DNA from: an uncultured Thermoplasmata archaeon
GTDB lineage: Archaea > Thermoplasmatota > Thermoplasmata > Halarchaeoplasmatales > Halarchaeoplasmataceae
Assembly: GCA_964454575.1 (NCBI GenBank)
Contig: CAYVTG010000001.1
Coordinates: forward strand, 1-44,158
Direction: 5' to 3'
Length of the DNA stretch: 44,158 bases
The notes beneath the pieces are model-generated. The model did not search any database. It was given only the letters and a program-made list of their open reading frames with translations, and had not been told where the DNA came from. Both the position numbers and the translations under genes were made by a program. Numbering within the stretch: the first letter of the stretch is position 1; each line of letters begins with the position of its first letter. This document shows, in pieces, positions 9,070-18,539 of the stretch.

Positions 9070-10019
9070 AATCGATGTTCGATCCTAAGAAATTCATAGA
9101 AAAACAGATATCCAAGATATCCGAGATCAAGGGCAAAGCAGTCGTTGGCTGCAGCGGCGGTGTGGACAGTACGGTGGCCGCGGTTTTAGTCGGTAAAGCT
9201 ATGGGAGATCGTTTGCTCTCTGTGTACGTCGATACGGGATACATGAGAAAAGGCGAGACCCGACAGATGGACAAACTCTTATCAGATATGGATATCAACC
9301 ACAAGATAATCGATGCAAAAGAAGAGTTCTATGATTCCATGGCCGGTGTAGTCGATCCGGAAGAAAAGAGAAAGGTCATCGGCAATAAGTTCATAGAGAT
9401 ATTTGACCGGGAAGCAGAGACATTCGGTGCCGAGTATCTGGTACAGGGGACCATAGCTCCGGATTGGATAGAGAGTGGAGATGATGTACGTGATACCATA
9501 AAATCTCATCATAATGTAGGAGGTCTCCCGGACGTTATGAATCTCAAACTCATCGAACCATTGAGAGATCTTTATAAAGACGAAGTCAGAGCGGTCGCCA
9601 GAGAACTGGGTTTACCGACTTCGGAAAGACAACCGTTTCCCGGGCCGGGTTTAGCCATACGCATAGTAGGCGAGGCTACTCCCGAACGAGCTGAGATGAT
9701 CCGAGAGGCATGTGCTATCGTCGAAGAGGAGCTGGAGACGGCGGCTTCGAAAGGGATCATAGAACTACCCTGGCAGTACTTTGCAGTTCTTCTACCGGTG
9801 AGAACAGTCGGCGTACAGGGCGACAAAAGAGCCTACGGAAACACCATCGCGGTGAGAGCTGTAAGTTCCTTGGACGCAATGAGTGCACGTTTTTCTAATA
9901 TTCCCATGGACGTTTTAGAACGGATCTCCATGAGGATAACCAACACCATGAAGAATGAGATAAATCGTGTGGTTTACGATATAACCGATAAACCTCCGGG
10001 AACCATCGAATGGGAATAA
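9066..10019 (+). CDS. guaA: GMP synthase subunit B (ATP pyrophosphatase plus dimerisation domains; archaeal split form)
   Basis: Has the PP-loop GCSGGVDSTVAAVL, then HHNVGGLP and the C-terminal KPPGTIEWE. It overlaps the purE stop by 4 nt. There is a GTG at 9066 and an ATG at 9075. Confidence 0.92.
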   Translation: MKSMFDPKKFIEKQISKISEIKGKAVVGCSGGVDSTVAAVLVGKAMGDRLLSVYVDTGYMRKGETRQMDKLLSDMDINHKIIDAKEEFYDSMAGVVDPEEKRKVIGNKFIEIFDREAETFGAEYLVQGTIAPDWIESGDDVRDTIKSHHNVGGLPDVMNLKLIEPLRDLYKDEVRAVARELGLPTSERQPFPGPGLAIRIVGEATPERAEMIREACAIVEEELETAASKGIIELPWQYFAVLLPVRTVGVQGDKRAYGNTIAVRAVSSLDAMSARFSNIPMDVLERISMRITNTMKNEINRVVYDITDKPPGTIEWE

Positions 10020-10050
10020 ACTTTATATAAAAGCCGTAATCGGCAGTTCC

Positions 10051-11463
10051 TTGACACCCGTAACACTACTGATACTGGCAACACTGTTCACCTTCGTAGG
10101 TATAGGTCTTGGTATAATCACAGGTCTGATCCCGGGAGTCCATGTAAACACTATATCTTTTCTTATCGTTACTTCGCAGGCAGCTTTGATATTATTCTTC
10201 ATACACATACTAGAAAATTATTCTCCTACCATGCCCCAGTTGCTCGCTATCATATCCACCATGGTGATGGGATGCATGGTGTCCCACACATTCCTTAACT
10301 TTATACCGAGTACATATCTCGGTGCTCCTGAGGGGGAAACAGCACTATCCGTTCTTCCTGCCCACAAGATGGTTTTGGAGGGTAACGGTTATGAGGCCAT
10401 ACTCACGAGTGCATGGGGGAGTCTCGGTGCGGCTATACTCGCATTGGTCCTGGTGGTTCCGGCCCGCTTGATCATGGGGCCGCCGGGGGACCTTTACATA
10501 CATATCACACCTTGGATAGCTATCATACTACTTGCAGTCGTGAGCTTACTGGTACTACAAGAAGGTAGAAGTCTTATGGAGATAAAGCCAAAGTTGGTCG
10601 CACTCGGTATTTTTTTTCTTGCAGGCTTTTTAGGTCTGATCTTGCTGGCTCCAACCGGCCTCTACGCCGGGCATTGGTTTCCCTTTAAACAGTCGGGTGT
10701 GGCCCCGGCGACATTGATGTTCTTTCCACTGTTCACCGGTCTTTTTGGTATCTCCAATCTGCTGGTGAGTTTGATGGATAATCCCATAATACCCGATCAG
10801 AAATTAGATGGTGTGGATGTTAACCTTGAAGGAAAGAATCAGCTAAGAGCAGTGGTATCGGGTACCATATCCGGAGGGATGGTGGGATGGCTCCCCGGTA
10901 TAACTGCCGCCGCCGCAACAGCGGTGACCAAAACATTCACCTCCAAAGATGATCCTGAGGAAGTACAGGGTCGGGAATATATCATGGCGGTGTCCGCAGT
11001 GGATACAAGCTGTGCGATATTTACACTTGTGGCACTATTCGTTATCATGAAGGCAAGGAGTGGAGCTATGCAATCCGTGCTGCATATCAATCAAGAGAGC
11101 CTTGAAGGATGGACACATTTAGCCCAGATGCCCTGGCTCATGGCGTTACTGTTGTATTCGGTGATATTAGCATCTGCGGTAGCCTTCTTTCTTACACTTT
11201 ACTTCGGCAAATTGTTATCCGGGATACATAAAAAGGTGGAATATGCAAATATATCCAAAGCCATCATCATATTTTTGGTGATCATGATATTCATTTTCGC
11301 AGGCCCTCTGGGACTGTTCGTTGGATTGATAGCAACCTGTATCGGTCTCGTTCCTCCGCTATATGGAATCAAAAGAGTTCATCTAATGGGCTGTATAATA
11401 TTCCCTATAATCCTGTTTCTTATGGGCTGGGAGCATATTGTACTTGGATCGGTGGGCTTATGA
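10051..11463 (+). CDS. Polytopic membrane protein, TctA/DUF112-like transporter permease
   Basis: A glycine-rich G-(L/W)-(I/L)-P-G motif occurs twice (GIITGLIPGV and GGMVGWLPGITAAAA), as in TctA-family permeases. There are roughly 11-12 hydrophobic helices. TTG start. Confidence 0.6.
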   Translation: MTPVTLLILATLFTFVGIGLGIITGLIPGVHVNTISFLIVTSQAALILFFIHILENYSPTMPQLLAIISTMVMGCMVSHTFLNFIPSTYLGAPEGETALSVLPAHKMVLEGNGYEAILTSAWGSLGAAILALVLVVPARLIMGPPGDLYIHITPWIAIILLAVVSLLVLQEGRSLMEIKPKLVALGIFFLAGFLGLILLAPTGLYAGHWFPFKQSGVAPATLMFFPLFTGLFGISNLLVSLMDNPIIPDQKLDGVDVNLEGKNQLRAVVSGTISGGMVGWLPGITAAAATAVTKTFTSKDDPEEVQGREYIMAVSAVDTSCAIFTLVALFVIMKARSGAMQSVLHINQESLEGWTHLAQMPWLMALLLYSVILASAVAFFLTLYFGKLLSGIHKKVEYANISKAIIIFLVIMIFIFAGPLGLFVGLIATCIGLVPPLYGIKRVHLMGCIIFPIILFLMGWEHIVLGSVGL

Positions 11464-11510
11464 ACACCAAACATTTAAGTACAATATATGTGTAACCAAA
11501 AGATAATATC

Positions 11511-12515
11511 ATGTCTCTTGAAGAAGGATGTCGGACAGCGGTTGTCACATGCATGGGTGTAAAAGAGTCCGACAGAGTGACCATAGTTTCAGACACTAAA
11601 AGCGAGAATATAGGTAAGACACTCAGAGCCATCGCTCTGGAGATAACGCCAATGGTCCGGTATTTTAACCTTGACCTTTACGGTAAACGCCCCCTTGATC
11701 ATTTTCCCGAAGCTGTGAAAAAGGCGGCCCTCGATTCTACCGTTACTTTTTGGACCGCCGGTTCGAAAGAAGGCGAGCTTGAAAGCGTCAGAGGCCCGTT
11801 CATAGATGCTGCCAAGGTGGGTGGCAGGCACGGACATATGGTCAATATAACTGAGGAAGTGGTCAAGAACGCTCTTGCTGTGGATTATGAAGAGATAGGT
11901 AAATTCACCGATAAATTGTATCAGCGTTTAAAGGACGTTGAAACCATCAGAGTAACAAATCCACAAGGAACGGATATCACCGCCAAATTCCGAGATTCAT
12001 GGAAGTGGGTACCTTCTGCAGGCATATGTCATCAAGTAGGTCATTGGAACAATCTGCCCGACGGGGAGATATTCACGGCGCCTTTCAGGATGGAAGGCAA
12101 GATGGTCGTGGACGGCATAATAGGAGATTATCTGGGCAACAAGTATCTCCATGCGGATCTGCAGGAAACCCCTCTTCGTATAAAGATAGAGAACAAGGAC
12201 GTCCCCCGGGTGGTGGATGTCCACTGTGAGAACTCCGAATTGATGGCGGACGTGAAAAAATATATCCGTCTAAATGACTGTGCCTCGCGGATCGGTGAGT
12301 TCGGATTGGGAACCAACATATTCCTGAAGGAACTCAGCGACAACATGCTTCAGGACGAAAAGTTCCCCGGAGTACACATAGCTTTTGGGGATCCCATGGC
12401 CGAGGAGACCTTTGCCGATTGGAGCTGCCCTGAACATCTCGACAACATACTCACACACTGTGACGTATGGTTCGACGGAGAATTGGTCATGAAGGACAGC
12501 AAGTATCTTATCTAA
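11511..12515 (+). CDS. Aminopeptidase, thermophilic metalloprotease family M29 (AmpS/PepS-like)
   Basis: NLPDGEIFTAP, EFGLGTN and FPGVHIAFGD resemble M29 signature regions, and the length is typical. Confidence 0.72.
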   Translation: MSLEEGCRTAVVTCMGVKESDRVTIVSDTKSENIGKTLRAIALEITPMVRYFNLDLYGKRPLDHFPEAVKKAALDSTVTFWTAGSKEGELESVRGPFIDAAKVGGRHGHMVNITEEVVKNALAVDYEEIGKFTDKLYQRLKDVETIRVTNPQGTDITAKFRDSWKWVPSAGICHQVGHWNNLPDGEIFTAPFRMEGKMVVDGIIGDYLGNKYLHADLQETPLRIKIENKDVPRVVDVHCENSELMADVKKYIRLNDCASRIGEFGLGTNIFLKELSDNMLQDEKFPGVHIAFGDPMAEETFADWSCPEHLDNILTHCDVWFDGELVMKDSKYLI

Positions 12516-12555
12516 GAGTAAGGAAAAACAATAAAACTAACAGCGATATATCGGG

Positions 12556-14211
12556 TTGATGAAACGCTCACATCTCTTTGGACTGATGTCGATAGCTCTG
12601 ATATCTTTCGTTGTACGGAGCGTACCATTTTTCCGATATACATTTTGGGGGGTAGACTGCGGCGAATACGTTTATTACACACAGCAGTGGGTGTCAACCG
12701 GTCAGATCTATCTCAGTATCGATGGTTGGGCAAATGCCTATCCTTTTTTTCCGGGCATCTTCATACTCGGCGGCTCGGTCAACTTCGCAGGCTTTTATCT
12801 TTTCGAAGCGGTCCAATTATCTCCACTTATACTCTCTGCTGCAGTACCCCTGATGGTATTTCTTCTAGCTCATCGGATCACAAACAGTGCTAAGGCATCA
12901 CTCGCATCCGCCTTATTTTTGGCTTTGCTCGCTCCTTTTGTGTACAATTTTTCTCAACCGAAACCGGAGACCATAGGTTTCTTCTTGATGCTGTTTATCA
13001 TGCTGCTTTCCACGATGTTGACCTACGACAACCGAAAGTTATTGCTGTTGATGGCACCTGCATCATTTGCCTTGATAGTTTCCCATCACTTTTCGTCATT
13101 TTTCTTGATATTATTTCTATTCGGTGGGCTGTGTTTTTCAGTCCTGCTCAGACGAAAACTTCATCGAGCCGATATATACAGGATAGCTTTTTTCCTCTTT
13201 TTCACTACCGCAGCCATCTCATACTGGCTATTAGCAGCACCCCCGTTCAGAGAGAACCGCCTCATGAACGCTTTCGGTATGCCTTCGTATTCTATACTTT
13301 TGGGTCCGTACATAGGCATAGGTCTTTTACTGTTGTTACATCGTATATCGGTAAAAAGGAGGATGATCCCGTCGATCAAGTTACACAAAGAAAATCTTTC
13401 TCGATTTTACTTGTACTCCATGATACTGATAATATCGATCGTTATCTTTATCGCCTATCTTTATCATAATCCCATACCGGGCAGAGAGATAGAATTGAAC
13501 GAACTGGGATTCTACTACATACCACTTGTTTTTCTTGGAATCTTTGCCCTGGGTTCGACCAAGATAATCTGGGCAATGAGAGATGGTGTTCACGTACTCG
13601 GCTGGATGACCTTTTTGTTGATTTCCTTCTCCGCAGGAGTTGTAACCGGCTCTTCATCTTTGCTCCCTATGCGCCAGGTAGCCTTTGTTATGCTCCCCGT
13701 TTCCCTACTCTTCGGCATAGGTCTTATACGGTTTTGGTCTATGATAAATCCTTTTTCCAAGCTGAAGAAAACAATCGTTATAGCCGTGCTTATCTCATTC
13801 CTATTTGCATACAACGTACCTTTGATGTACCCGTCCCAAGATATGTCGCAGGGATACAACGAAGCTACAGAATGGGATGAAATGGAGGGAGGATTTTGGT
13901 TGAGAACCAATGTCGGAGAGAAAGTTGCAGCCGACCACAGACTCAGCGCATCGCTTTTTGCAGTAGGAAATAAAAATCTTACTTGGGTCGAGGGGAACGA
14001 CATATATTTCTCAAGCGATCCTCACGACGCTCTAGAAGAAGCTCACGGGTTACATGTGCGTTACATGATGTGGGATGAGAAGACGATACAGGGTGTTACC
14101 ACCACAGACGGAGCTCATCCATATCCATTCGATACAGATCTTTTGAGATACTACAGAAGTAATTATATGCTGTATTCCGGGGAACAAACGGAATTGTACA
14201 TCGTTCCATAG
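12556..14211 (+). CDS. Large polytopic membrane protein with a C-terminal soluble domain; possible GT-C-fold (PMT/ArnT-like) glycosyltransferase
   Basis: There are roughly 13 hydrophobic helices. An acidic first loop (GVDCGEY) sits where GT-C enzymes carry their catalytic acidic motif. A roughly 130-aa hydrophilic C-terminal domain follows. No WWDYG motif, so it is not AglB. The ATG at 12559 is the likely start. Confidence 0.55.
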   Translation: MMKRSHLFGLMSIALISFVVRSVPFFRYTFWGVDCGEYVYYTQQWVSTGQIYLSIDGWANAYPFFPGIFILGGSVNFAGFYLFEAVQLSPLILSAAVPLMVFLLAHRITNSAKASLASALFLALLAPFVYNFSQPKPETIGFFLMLFIMLLSTMLTYDNRKLLLLMAPASFALIVSHHFSSFFLILFLFGGLCFSVLLRRKLHRADIYRIAFFLFFTTAAISYWLLAAPPFRENRLMNAFGMPSYSILLGPYIGIGLLLLLHRISVKRRMIPSIKLHKENLSRFYLYSMILIISIVIFIAYLYHNPIPGREIELNELGFYYIPLVFLGIFALGSTKIIWAMRDGVHVLGWMTFLLISFSAGVVTGSSSLLPMRQVAFVMLPVSLLFGIGLIRFWSMINPFSKLKKTIVIAVLISFLFAYNVPLMYPSQDMSQGYNEATEWDEMEGGFWLRTNVGEKVAADHRLSASLFAVGNKNLTWVEGNDIYFSSDPHDALEEAHGLHVRYMMWDEKTIQGVTTTDGAHPYPFDTDLLRYYRSNYMLYSGEQTELYIVP

Positions 14212-14258
14212 ATGGTAGAAAGTTTTATTTTCTATATACTGTATGTTTTACCATATAC

Positions 14259-14777
14259 ATGACTGTGAAGGACAAGATAAAACCGGTGCTTTCCTACTTA
14301 CCCCTATCTATAAAAAAAGAATTCAAAAAAAATCGCAGTTCCACACCCTTTCTAACATCGGTATCCTTTACCATCACCTTCGTAGCAGCCAGACTTTGGG
14401 TCACGCTACTAGAAGCTAACAAAACCCCCACCGAAGCAACATTCGTTTTAGGCCGCAATCTGATAATAGGCGGATATCACATACATCACATCACCTACGG
14501 TATCGTCCTTATCTCCATCGCCGCATGGTTATCGATAAACTACTGGAGCAGCTCCATCGCAAGGATAAGCTCTATCTGTTTCGGATCCGGCCTGGGATTC
14601 ATAGTAGATGAATTGGGCTTCGTCATCGAAGGCATAGAGCCGTATCAAGCGGATAAAGAAGTGTTTTACATCGCAGTTTTTATAATGGGTGTTTTCCTAA
14701 GTATAGTGTACTTTCCATCCTTTTATCGCAGCATAAAGAGAGATATCCTTAGGTGGAAAAGACTCATCTTCGGTTGA
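14259..14777 (+). CDS. Hypothetical membrane protein (four helices)
   Basis: Hydrophobic profile, with GGYHIHHITYGIVLISIAAW. No family recognised. The 3' end overlaps the convergent gene by 14 nt. Confidence 0.5.
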   Translation: MTVKDKIKPVLSYLPLSIKKEFKKNRSSTPFLTSVSFTITFVAARLWVTLLEANKTPTEATFVLGRNLIIGGYHIHHITYGIVLISIAAWLSINYWSSSIARISSICFGSGLGFIVDELGFVIEGIEPYQADKEVFYIAVFIMGVFLSIVYFPSFYRSIKRDILRWKRLIFG

Positions 14778-15399
14778 AGTGAAGGCAGTAATTTGAAACG
14801 GGACATTCTTCGCATACCGGTTTCACCTTGCAGTAGTTTTTTCCCAAGTTTACCAGCAGTGCGTGGAATTCTTGATAGAGCTCTACATCTTCTTCAAGCG
14901 AAAGATGGAATTGTTTTTTTATGTACTCGTAGTCGCCTTCTACAGCGTAAATCCTCTTCAGTATACGCATGGTGTAAGCGTCCACCACGAAGTGTGGCAT
15001 ATGAGCAGCGTAGAGCACTATGCTGTCCGCGGTTTCGGGACCGATACCGTTGATATCCAGCAGCCTCTCTCTCAGATCGTCCCTCTCAAGAAAAGACTCC
15101 ACATCTCCGACATCTAAAACAGCCGCCGCCAATCTTTTGATCCTTTGAGTTTTCTGTTTGTAGAAGCCCGACGGCCTGATCATCTGTTCTAATGATTTAT
15201 CATCGGTTTCAAGTATGCTTTCCGGATCCAGTATATTTTCTGATCTGAGGCATGCGATGGCGGTTTCTACATTCTTCCAGCTGACGTTCTGAGTCAATAT
15301 CGCTCCTATCATCATCTCAAAAGAACTTTCCGCGGGCCACCAATCTTGTGGACCAAAATCATCGAGCAGCTCGTCGTATAGTTTGGACAGGTCCATCAT
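14764..15399 (-). CDS. Endonuclease III-related HhH-GPD family protein with a C-terminal Fe-S cluster loop
   Basis: Contains MIGAILTQNVSWKNVETAI, IRPSGFYKQKTQRIK, LLDINGIGPETADSIVLYA and VVDAYTMRI. The terminal CKVKPVCEECPVSNYC has C-x6-C-x2-C-x5-C spacing. Confidence 0.88.
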   Translation of the reverse strand: MMDLSKLYDELLDDFGPQDWWPAESSFEMMIGAILTQNVSWKNVETAIACLRSENILDPESILETDDKSLEQMIRPSGFYKQKTQRIKRLAAAVLDVGDVESFLERDDLRERLLDINGIGPETADSIVLYAAHMPHFVVDAYTMRILKRIYAVEGDYEYIKKQFHLSLEEDVELYQEFHALLVNLGKNYCKVKPVCEECPVSNYCLHFNRR

Positions 15400-15420
15400 A
15401 TGTAACCCAATTAAAACGGA

Positions 15421-15430
15421 TATATAGTAG
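15421..15430 (-). promoter_or_regulatory. TATA-like box for the endonuclease III-like gene (leaderless geometry)
   Basis: The minus strand reads CTACTATATA, centred about 26 nt upstream of the ATG at 15399. Confidence 0.45.
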
Positions 15431-15437
15431 TTTATGT

Positions 15438-15501
15438 GCCGGCAATGGGTCGGACCTCCTCAACCGAACGCTTTACAGCGCTCCGACCCATCTCAACCGG
15501 C
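15438..15501. other. Nested GC-rich hairpin in a 323-nt divergent intergenic region
   Basis: GCCGG (15438-15442) pairs with CCGGC (15497-15501), and GGGTCGGA (15447-15454) pairs with TCCGACCC (15482-15489). Confidence 0.4.
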
Positions 15502-15692
15502 GGGTTATTTGGATATATGATCGAGGAGATATATACTACATGAGGCTGCATGCCTTCGGCCCGGACTTACCACTGATAGCTTTTTGTAATACCTCCTCAA
15601 CAGATATTACGTGATCACTTCTAGATACGAGTAATAGATATATATCTTTTGCAACTTTATCATACACACTTTCATCTACCTCTGCCGTTCGG

Positions 15693-15702
15693 TTATTAAT
15701 AT
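15693..15702 (+). promoter_or_regulatory. TATA-like box for the DUF763 gene (leaderless geometry)
   Basis: TTATTAATAT is centred about 26 nt upstream of ATG 15723. Confidence 0.45.
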
Positions 15703-15722
15703 CTCCGGCGGTATCAGATATC

Positions 15723-16832
15723 ATGAAGGTAACCGGCACCGCGGATCTGCCGCTCCACAACGGTAGGGCGCCTCGCTGGCTCTTCGATAGGATGGTCGAG
15801 CTTAGCGGAGCGATATCTCATGTTGTAATACAAGAATACGGCAGAGAAGAGTTTTTACGCCGCCTCACAGATCCATACTGGTTCCAAGCACTAGCGTGTA
15901 CCATAGGTTTCGACTGGCATTCCAGCGGTACTACCACCACTACCTGCGGTGCCCTCAAATCGGCAATCGATCCTGCAGAATACGGCGTAGCGGTACTCGG
16001 CGGTAAAGGCAAAGCAGGCCTCAAAACTCCCGATGAGATACGCAGTCTGGAAAACATTTTTTCCATAAAGCCGTCTTCACTGGACGAGATGACCTACGCT
16101 TCCCGGCTTTCATCAAAGGTGGATAACGGCTGCGTACAGGACGGCTACCAGTTATATCATCATTCCTTCATTGTAACCGAAGACGGAGATTGGGGCGTGA
16201 TTCAACAGGGGATGGATGGAGGAAAAGGCTTTGCCCGACGGTATCACTGGAGGGGTGATTCAGTGGCTGATTTCGTCCGTGAGCCGCACAATGGTATCTG
16301 CTGTGATTCCAAAGGGGATAGGGTCTTGGATATGACTTCCCATCGTAGCGACGAATCTAGGCAAACCAGTGTGGATCTCCTCAACGATGGTCCCGAGCAT
16401 CTACGTCGATATCTAGCGGGGAAAGGGCAGACGAACTTACTTTCTTTTCAAGACAGGGATCTTAACATGCCAGCACGTCACGGAGTCATCAAGATGGACA
16501 TATCGAAAAAAGGGTGGGAAGTTCTTGAACAAGCATACGAATTTCAACCGAGAAATTACGAAGAGATGGTGAGTTTGAACGGCATGGGTCCGAAAAAGCT
16601 CAGGGCTCTTGCACTGGTATCTGACCTGATCTACGGTACACAGCCAAGCTGGGACGATCCTGTAAAGTACAGCTTCGCCCATGGGGGCAAAGATGGAACA
16701 CCATACCCCGTGGATAGAGATGTCTATGATTCCACCATCGAAGTATTGAAAGATGCGGTTGAAAGAGCGGCTATAAAAGAAACACATCGTTTGCACGCAC
16801 TAAAACGTCTCAGTGAGCTGGTCTGTAGATGA
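15723..16832 (+). CDS. DUF763-family protein (function unknown)
   Basis: The N-terminal TADLPLHNGRAPRWLFDRMVEL...LTDPYWFQALACTIGFDWHSSGTTTT matches my memory of the DUF763 signature. Confidence 0.8.
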   Translation: MKVTGTADLPLHNGRAPRWLFDRMVELSGAISHVVIQEYGREEFLRRLTDPYWFQALACTIGFDWHSSGTTTTTCGALKSAIDPAEYGVAVLGGKGKAGLKTPDEIRSLENIFSIKPSSLDEMTYASRLSSKVDNGCVQDGYQLYHHSFIVTEDGDWGVIQQGMDGGKGFARRYHWRGDSVADFVREPHNGICCDSKGDRVLDMTSHRSDESRQTSVDLLNDGPEHLRRYLAGKGQTNLLSFQDRDLNMPARHGVIKMDISKKGWEVLEQAYEFQPRNYEEMVSLNGMGPKKLRALALVSDLIYGTQPSWDDPVKYSFAHGGKDGTPYPVDRDVYDSTIEVLKDAVERAAIKETHRLHALKRLSELVCR

Positions 16833-16897
16833 GTGTTTCACCACAATATTTATTATAACCCTTCTCGCTAAATCAGATATAGAAAAACGGTGGTTAC

Positions 16898-18103
16898 TTG
16901 GCAGAAGACAATTTAAGCGAATCTTCTCAAGGATTGACGAGACGCATCGAAGAGCTACAACGGAAGCATGACAGCCTTTTGATAGACGTTGAGTTCGGCG
17001 GCGATAGAGAGCACATCCTTAGCGAATTAGATCGTCTAAAGCGCGAGATGAGAGAGATAAAAAAGGAACTCGCCAATCTTAAGAAACCACCGCTGATAAT
17101 CGGGACCGTTAGGGAGAATTTACCCGACGGTCGTGTGATAGTGAATAGTTCCACAGGCCCTGATTTTTTAGTCACCGTTGCAGATTATATTCGAAAAGCG
17201 GATATCAAACCTAGGATACGCGTAGCTATGAACAAACAAACCTTATCCATAATACGATTGCTTCCGGAATCGACAGATCCAAATGTTATGGCTGCCGAGA
17301 TAGTTGAGAAACCGGAGATCACATACGATGATATCGGCGGCTTGGAGCACCAGATAAGGGATGTGCAGGAAACCATCGAGGATCCTTTGCTTTACCCGGA
17401 GAAGTACAGACGTATGGGGATAGAGCCTCCGAAAGGGGTACTGCTGGTAGGTCCGCCGGGTACAGGTAAAACTCTTATAGCTAAGGCAGCAGCCCATCAC
17501 ACGAACGCCACGTTCATCAGGTTGGTGGGATCGGAGCTGGTACAAAAATACATCGGCGAAGGAGCCAGGATGGTAAGAGAGTTATTCGCCATGGCAAAAC
17601 ACAAAGCACCGGCTATAATATTCATAGATGAGATCGATTCCTTTGCATCTAAGCGTTTTTCGAATGCTACTTCAGGTGATAGAGAGGTACAGAGGACCAT
17701 GATGCAGTTCCTGGCGGAATTCGACGGATTTGATCCACTCGCCGATGTGAAGATAATGGCAGCGACCAACAGACCGGAATTGTTGGACAGTGCGCTCCTC
17801 AGGCCCGGACGATTCGATAGGATACTGGAAGTCCCCATACCGGATAGAAATGCCAGGAAAAAGATATTTGAAATACACACCGCAAACATGCCTATAGCCC
17901 ATGATGTAGATATGGACCTTCTGGCAAAGAAAACCGAAGAAGCCAGCGGCGCTGATATCAAATCTATCACTACCGAAGCAGGTATGTTCACTCTCCGAAA
18001 CGGTAGATCCGAGATAAGCATGGAAGAATTCCTATACGCCATCGAGAAGGTCCTATCGGACTCTCCCGAGAGAAAGATAAAGAAACAGGTAATGTTCGCC
18101 TGA
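16898..18103 (+). CDS. pan: Proteasome-activating nucleotidase (AAA+ ATPase, archaeal Rpt homologue)
   Basis: It has an N-terminal coiled coil and an OB segment (GTVRENLPDGRVIVNSSTGPDFLV). Walker A is GPPGTGKT and Walker B is IIFIDEID. The second region of homology is ATNRPELLDSALLRPGRFDR. TTG start. Confidence 0.93.
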   Translation: MAEDNLSESSQGLTRRIEELQRKHDSLLIDVEFGGDREHILSELDRLKREMREIKKELANLKKPPLIIGTVRENLPDGRVIVNSSTGPDFLVTVADYIRKADIKPRIRVAMNKQTLSIIRLLPESTDPNVMAAEIVEKPEITYDDIGGLEHQIRDVQETIEDPLLYPEKYRRMGIEPPKGVLLVGPPGTGKTLIAKAAAHHTNATFIRLVGSELVQKYIGEGARMVRELFAMAKHKAPAIIFIDEIDSFASKRFSNATSGDREVQRTMMQFLAEFDGFDPLADVKIMAATNRPELLDSALLRPGRFDRILEVPIPDRNARKKIFEIHTANMPIAHDVDMDLLAKKTEEASGADIKSITTEAGMFTLRNGRSEISMEEFLYAIEKVLSDSPERKIKKQVMFA

Positions 18104-18108
18104 TAGAC

Positions 18109-18249
18109 TCAATCTTCATCATCTATTTCTAGAATTAGTACACCTAGGTAATCACAATCCTTACAGTGATACTTATATCCCGTGATAAATCCCGCCACAG
18201 GGATCACATCGGTACTACCGCATGAAGGACACTTCAATATCTTACCCAT
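18109..18249 (-). CDS. Small zinc-ribbon protein (46 aa)
   Basis: MGKILKCPSCGSTDV...YHCKDCDYLGVLILEIDDED has C-x2-C-x17-C-x2-C spacing. The ORF-track start (GTG at 18303) adds 18 residues that do not look native. Confidence 0.5.
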   Translation of the reverse strand: MGKILKCPSCGSTDVIPVAGFITGYKYHCKDCDYLGVLILEIDDED

Positions 18250-18304
18250 TTTCAACAACTCAGTTAAAGGTATGTGTCCCCTGACAGTAACAGTAGGGTT
18301 CACA

Positions 18305-18470
18305 GTATGGCTTCGGCCATCTCCCCTTCCTGACTCAAGTCAGGGGCTTGTACGATCCTGGGGTTGTTCCACGCTCATGTGCGGACGTTTCGTCCATTTC
18401 ACTAGGAGACCCAACAGGACCCTGCCCGACCCTTGCATCATGGATCATCATAGTCACCATGACCTTTTTG
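18305..18470 (+). ncRNA. Candidate structured small RNA of unknown class (strand and ends uncertain)
   Basis: A GC-rich island in an AT-rich spacer. Hairpins: ATGGC-TTCG-GCCAT (18307-18320, a UUCG tetraloop if read on plus), CCTGAC-TCAA-GTCAGG (18329-18344), GGACG-TTT-CGTCC (18383-18395) and TCATGG...CCATGA (18438-18462), the last followed by T5 (18465-18469). Confidence 0.2.
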
Positions 18471-18530
18471 AATCGGGCATCTTGTTCTACGGTGCCAAGG
18501 GTATATTAAACCATCGCTTCCAAACCTAAG

Positions 18531-18539
18531 ATATTTATA
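18531..18539 (+). promoter_or_regulatory. TATA-like box for the three-paralog operon
   Basis: ATATTTATA is centred about 28 nt upstream of ATG 18563. Confidence 0.45.

Noticed and set aside
15545-15575. Minus-strand GGUAAGUCCGGGCC, which resembles the RNase P CR-I element GAAAGUCCGGGC
   Set aside because: It is only a partial match to a single element. No other conserved RNase P regions (CR-II to CR-V) are present in the 323-nt spacer.
15515-15576. Possible C/D-box sRNA (ATGATCGA ... CTGA, about 62 nt)
   Set aside because: The C box deviates from RUGAUGA at two positions, and no D' or C' boxes are in register.
15536-15760. Minus-strand small ORF (74 aa, or 62 aa from the ATG sharing the CATG palindrome with the DUF763 start)
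   Set aside because: It would bury the DUF763 TATA-like box inside coding sequence, and it would need its own promoter inside the DUF763 gene. No motif is recognised. Its acidic composition is mildly protein-like, so the rejection is not absolute.
18300-18520. Tested whether the GC-rich island is SRP (7S) RNA, RNase P RNA, 5S rRNA or a C/D-box sRNA
   Set aside because: There is no helix-8-type GGAA tetraloop with a flanking AGCA/GNAR signature. There is no GAGGAAAGUCC P4 element and no 5S consensus. The minus-strand AUGAUGA and the nearest CUGA are about 110 nt apart, too far for an archaeal C/D sRNA. It is kept only as an unclassified candidate.
18182-18529. 115-aa plus-strand ORF spanning the GC-rich spacer
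   Set aside because: Its basic, Cys/His/Pro-rich composition is unlike the acidic proteome. It overlaps the zinc-ribbon gene and shows no recognisable motif. The region is better explained as noncoding, possibly a structured RNA.
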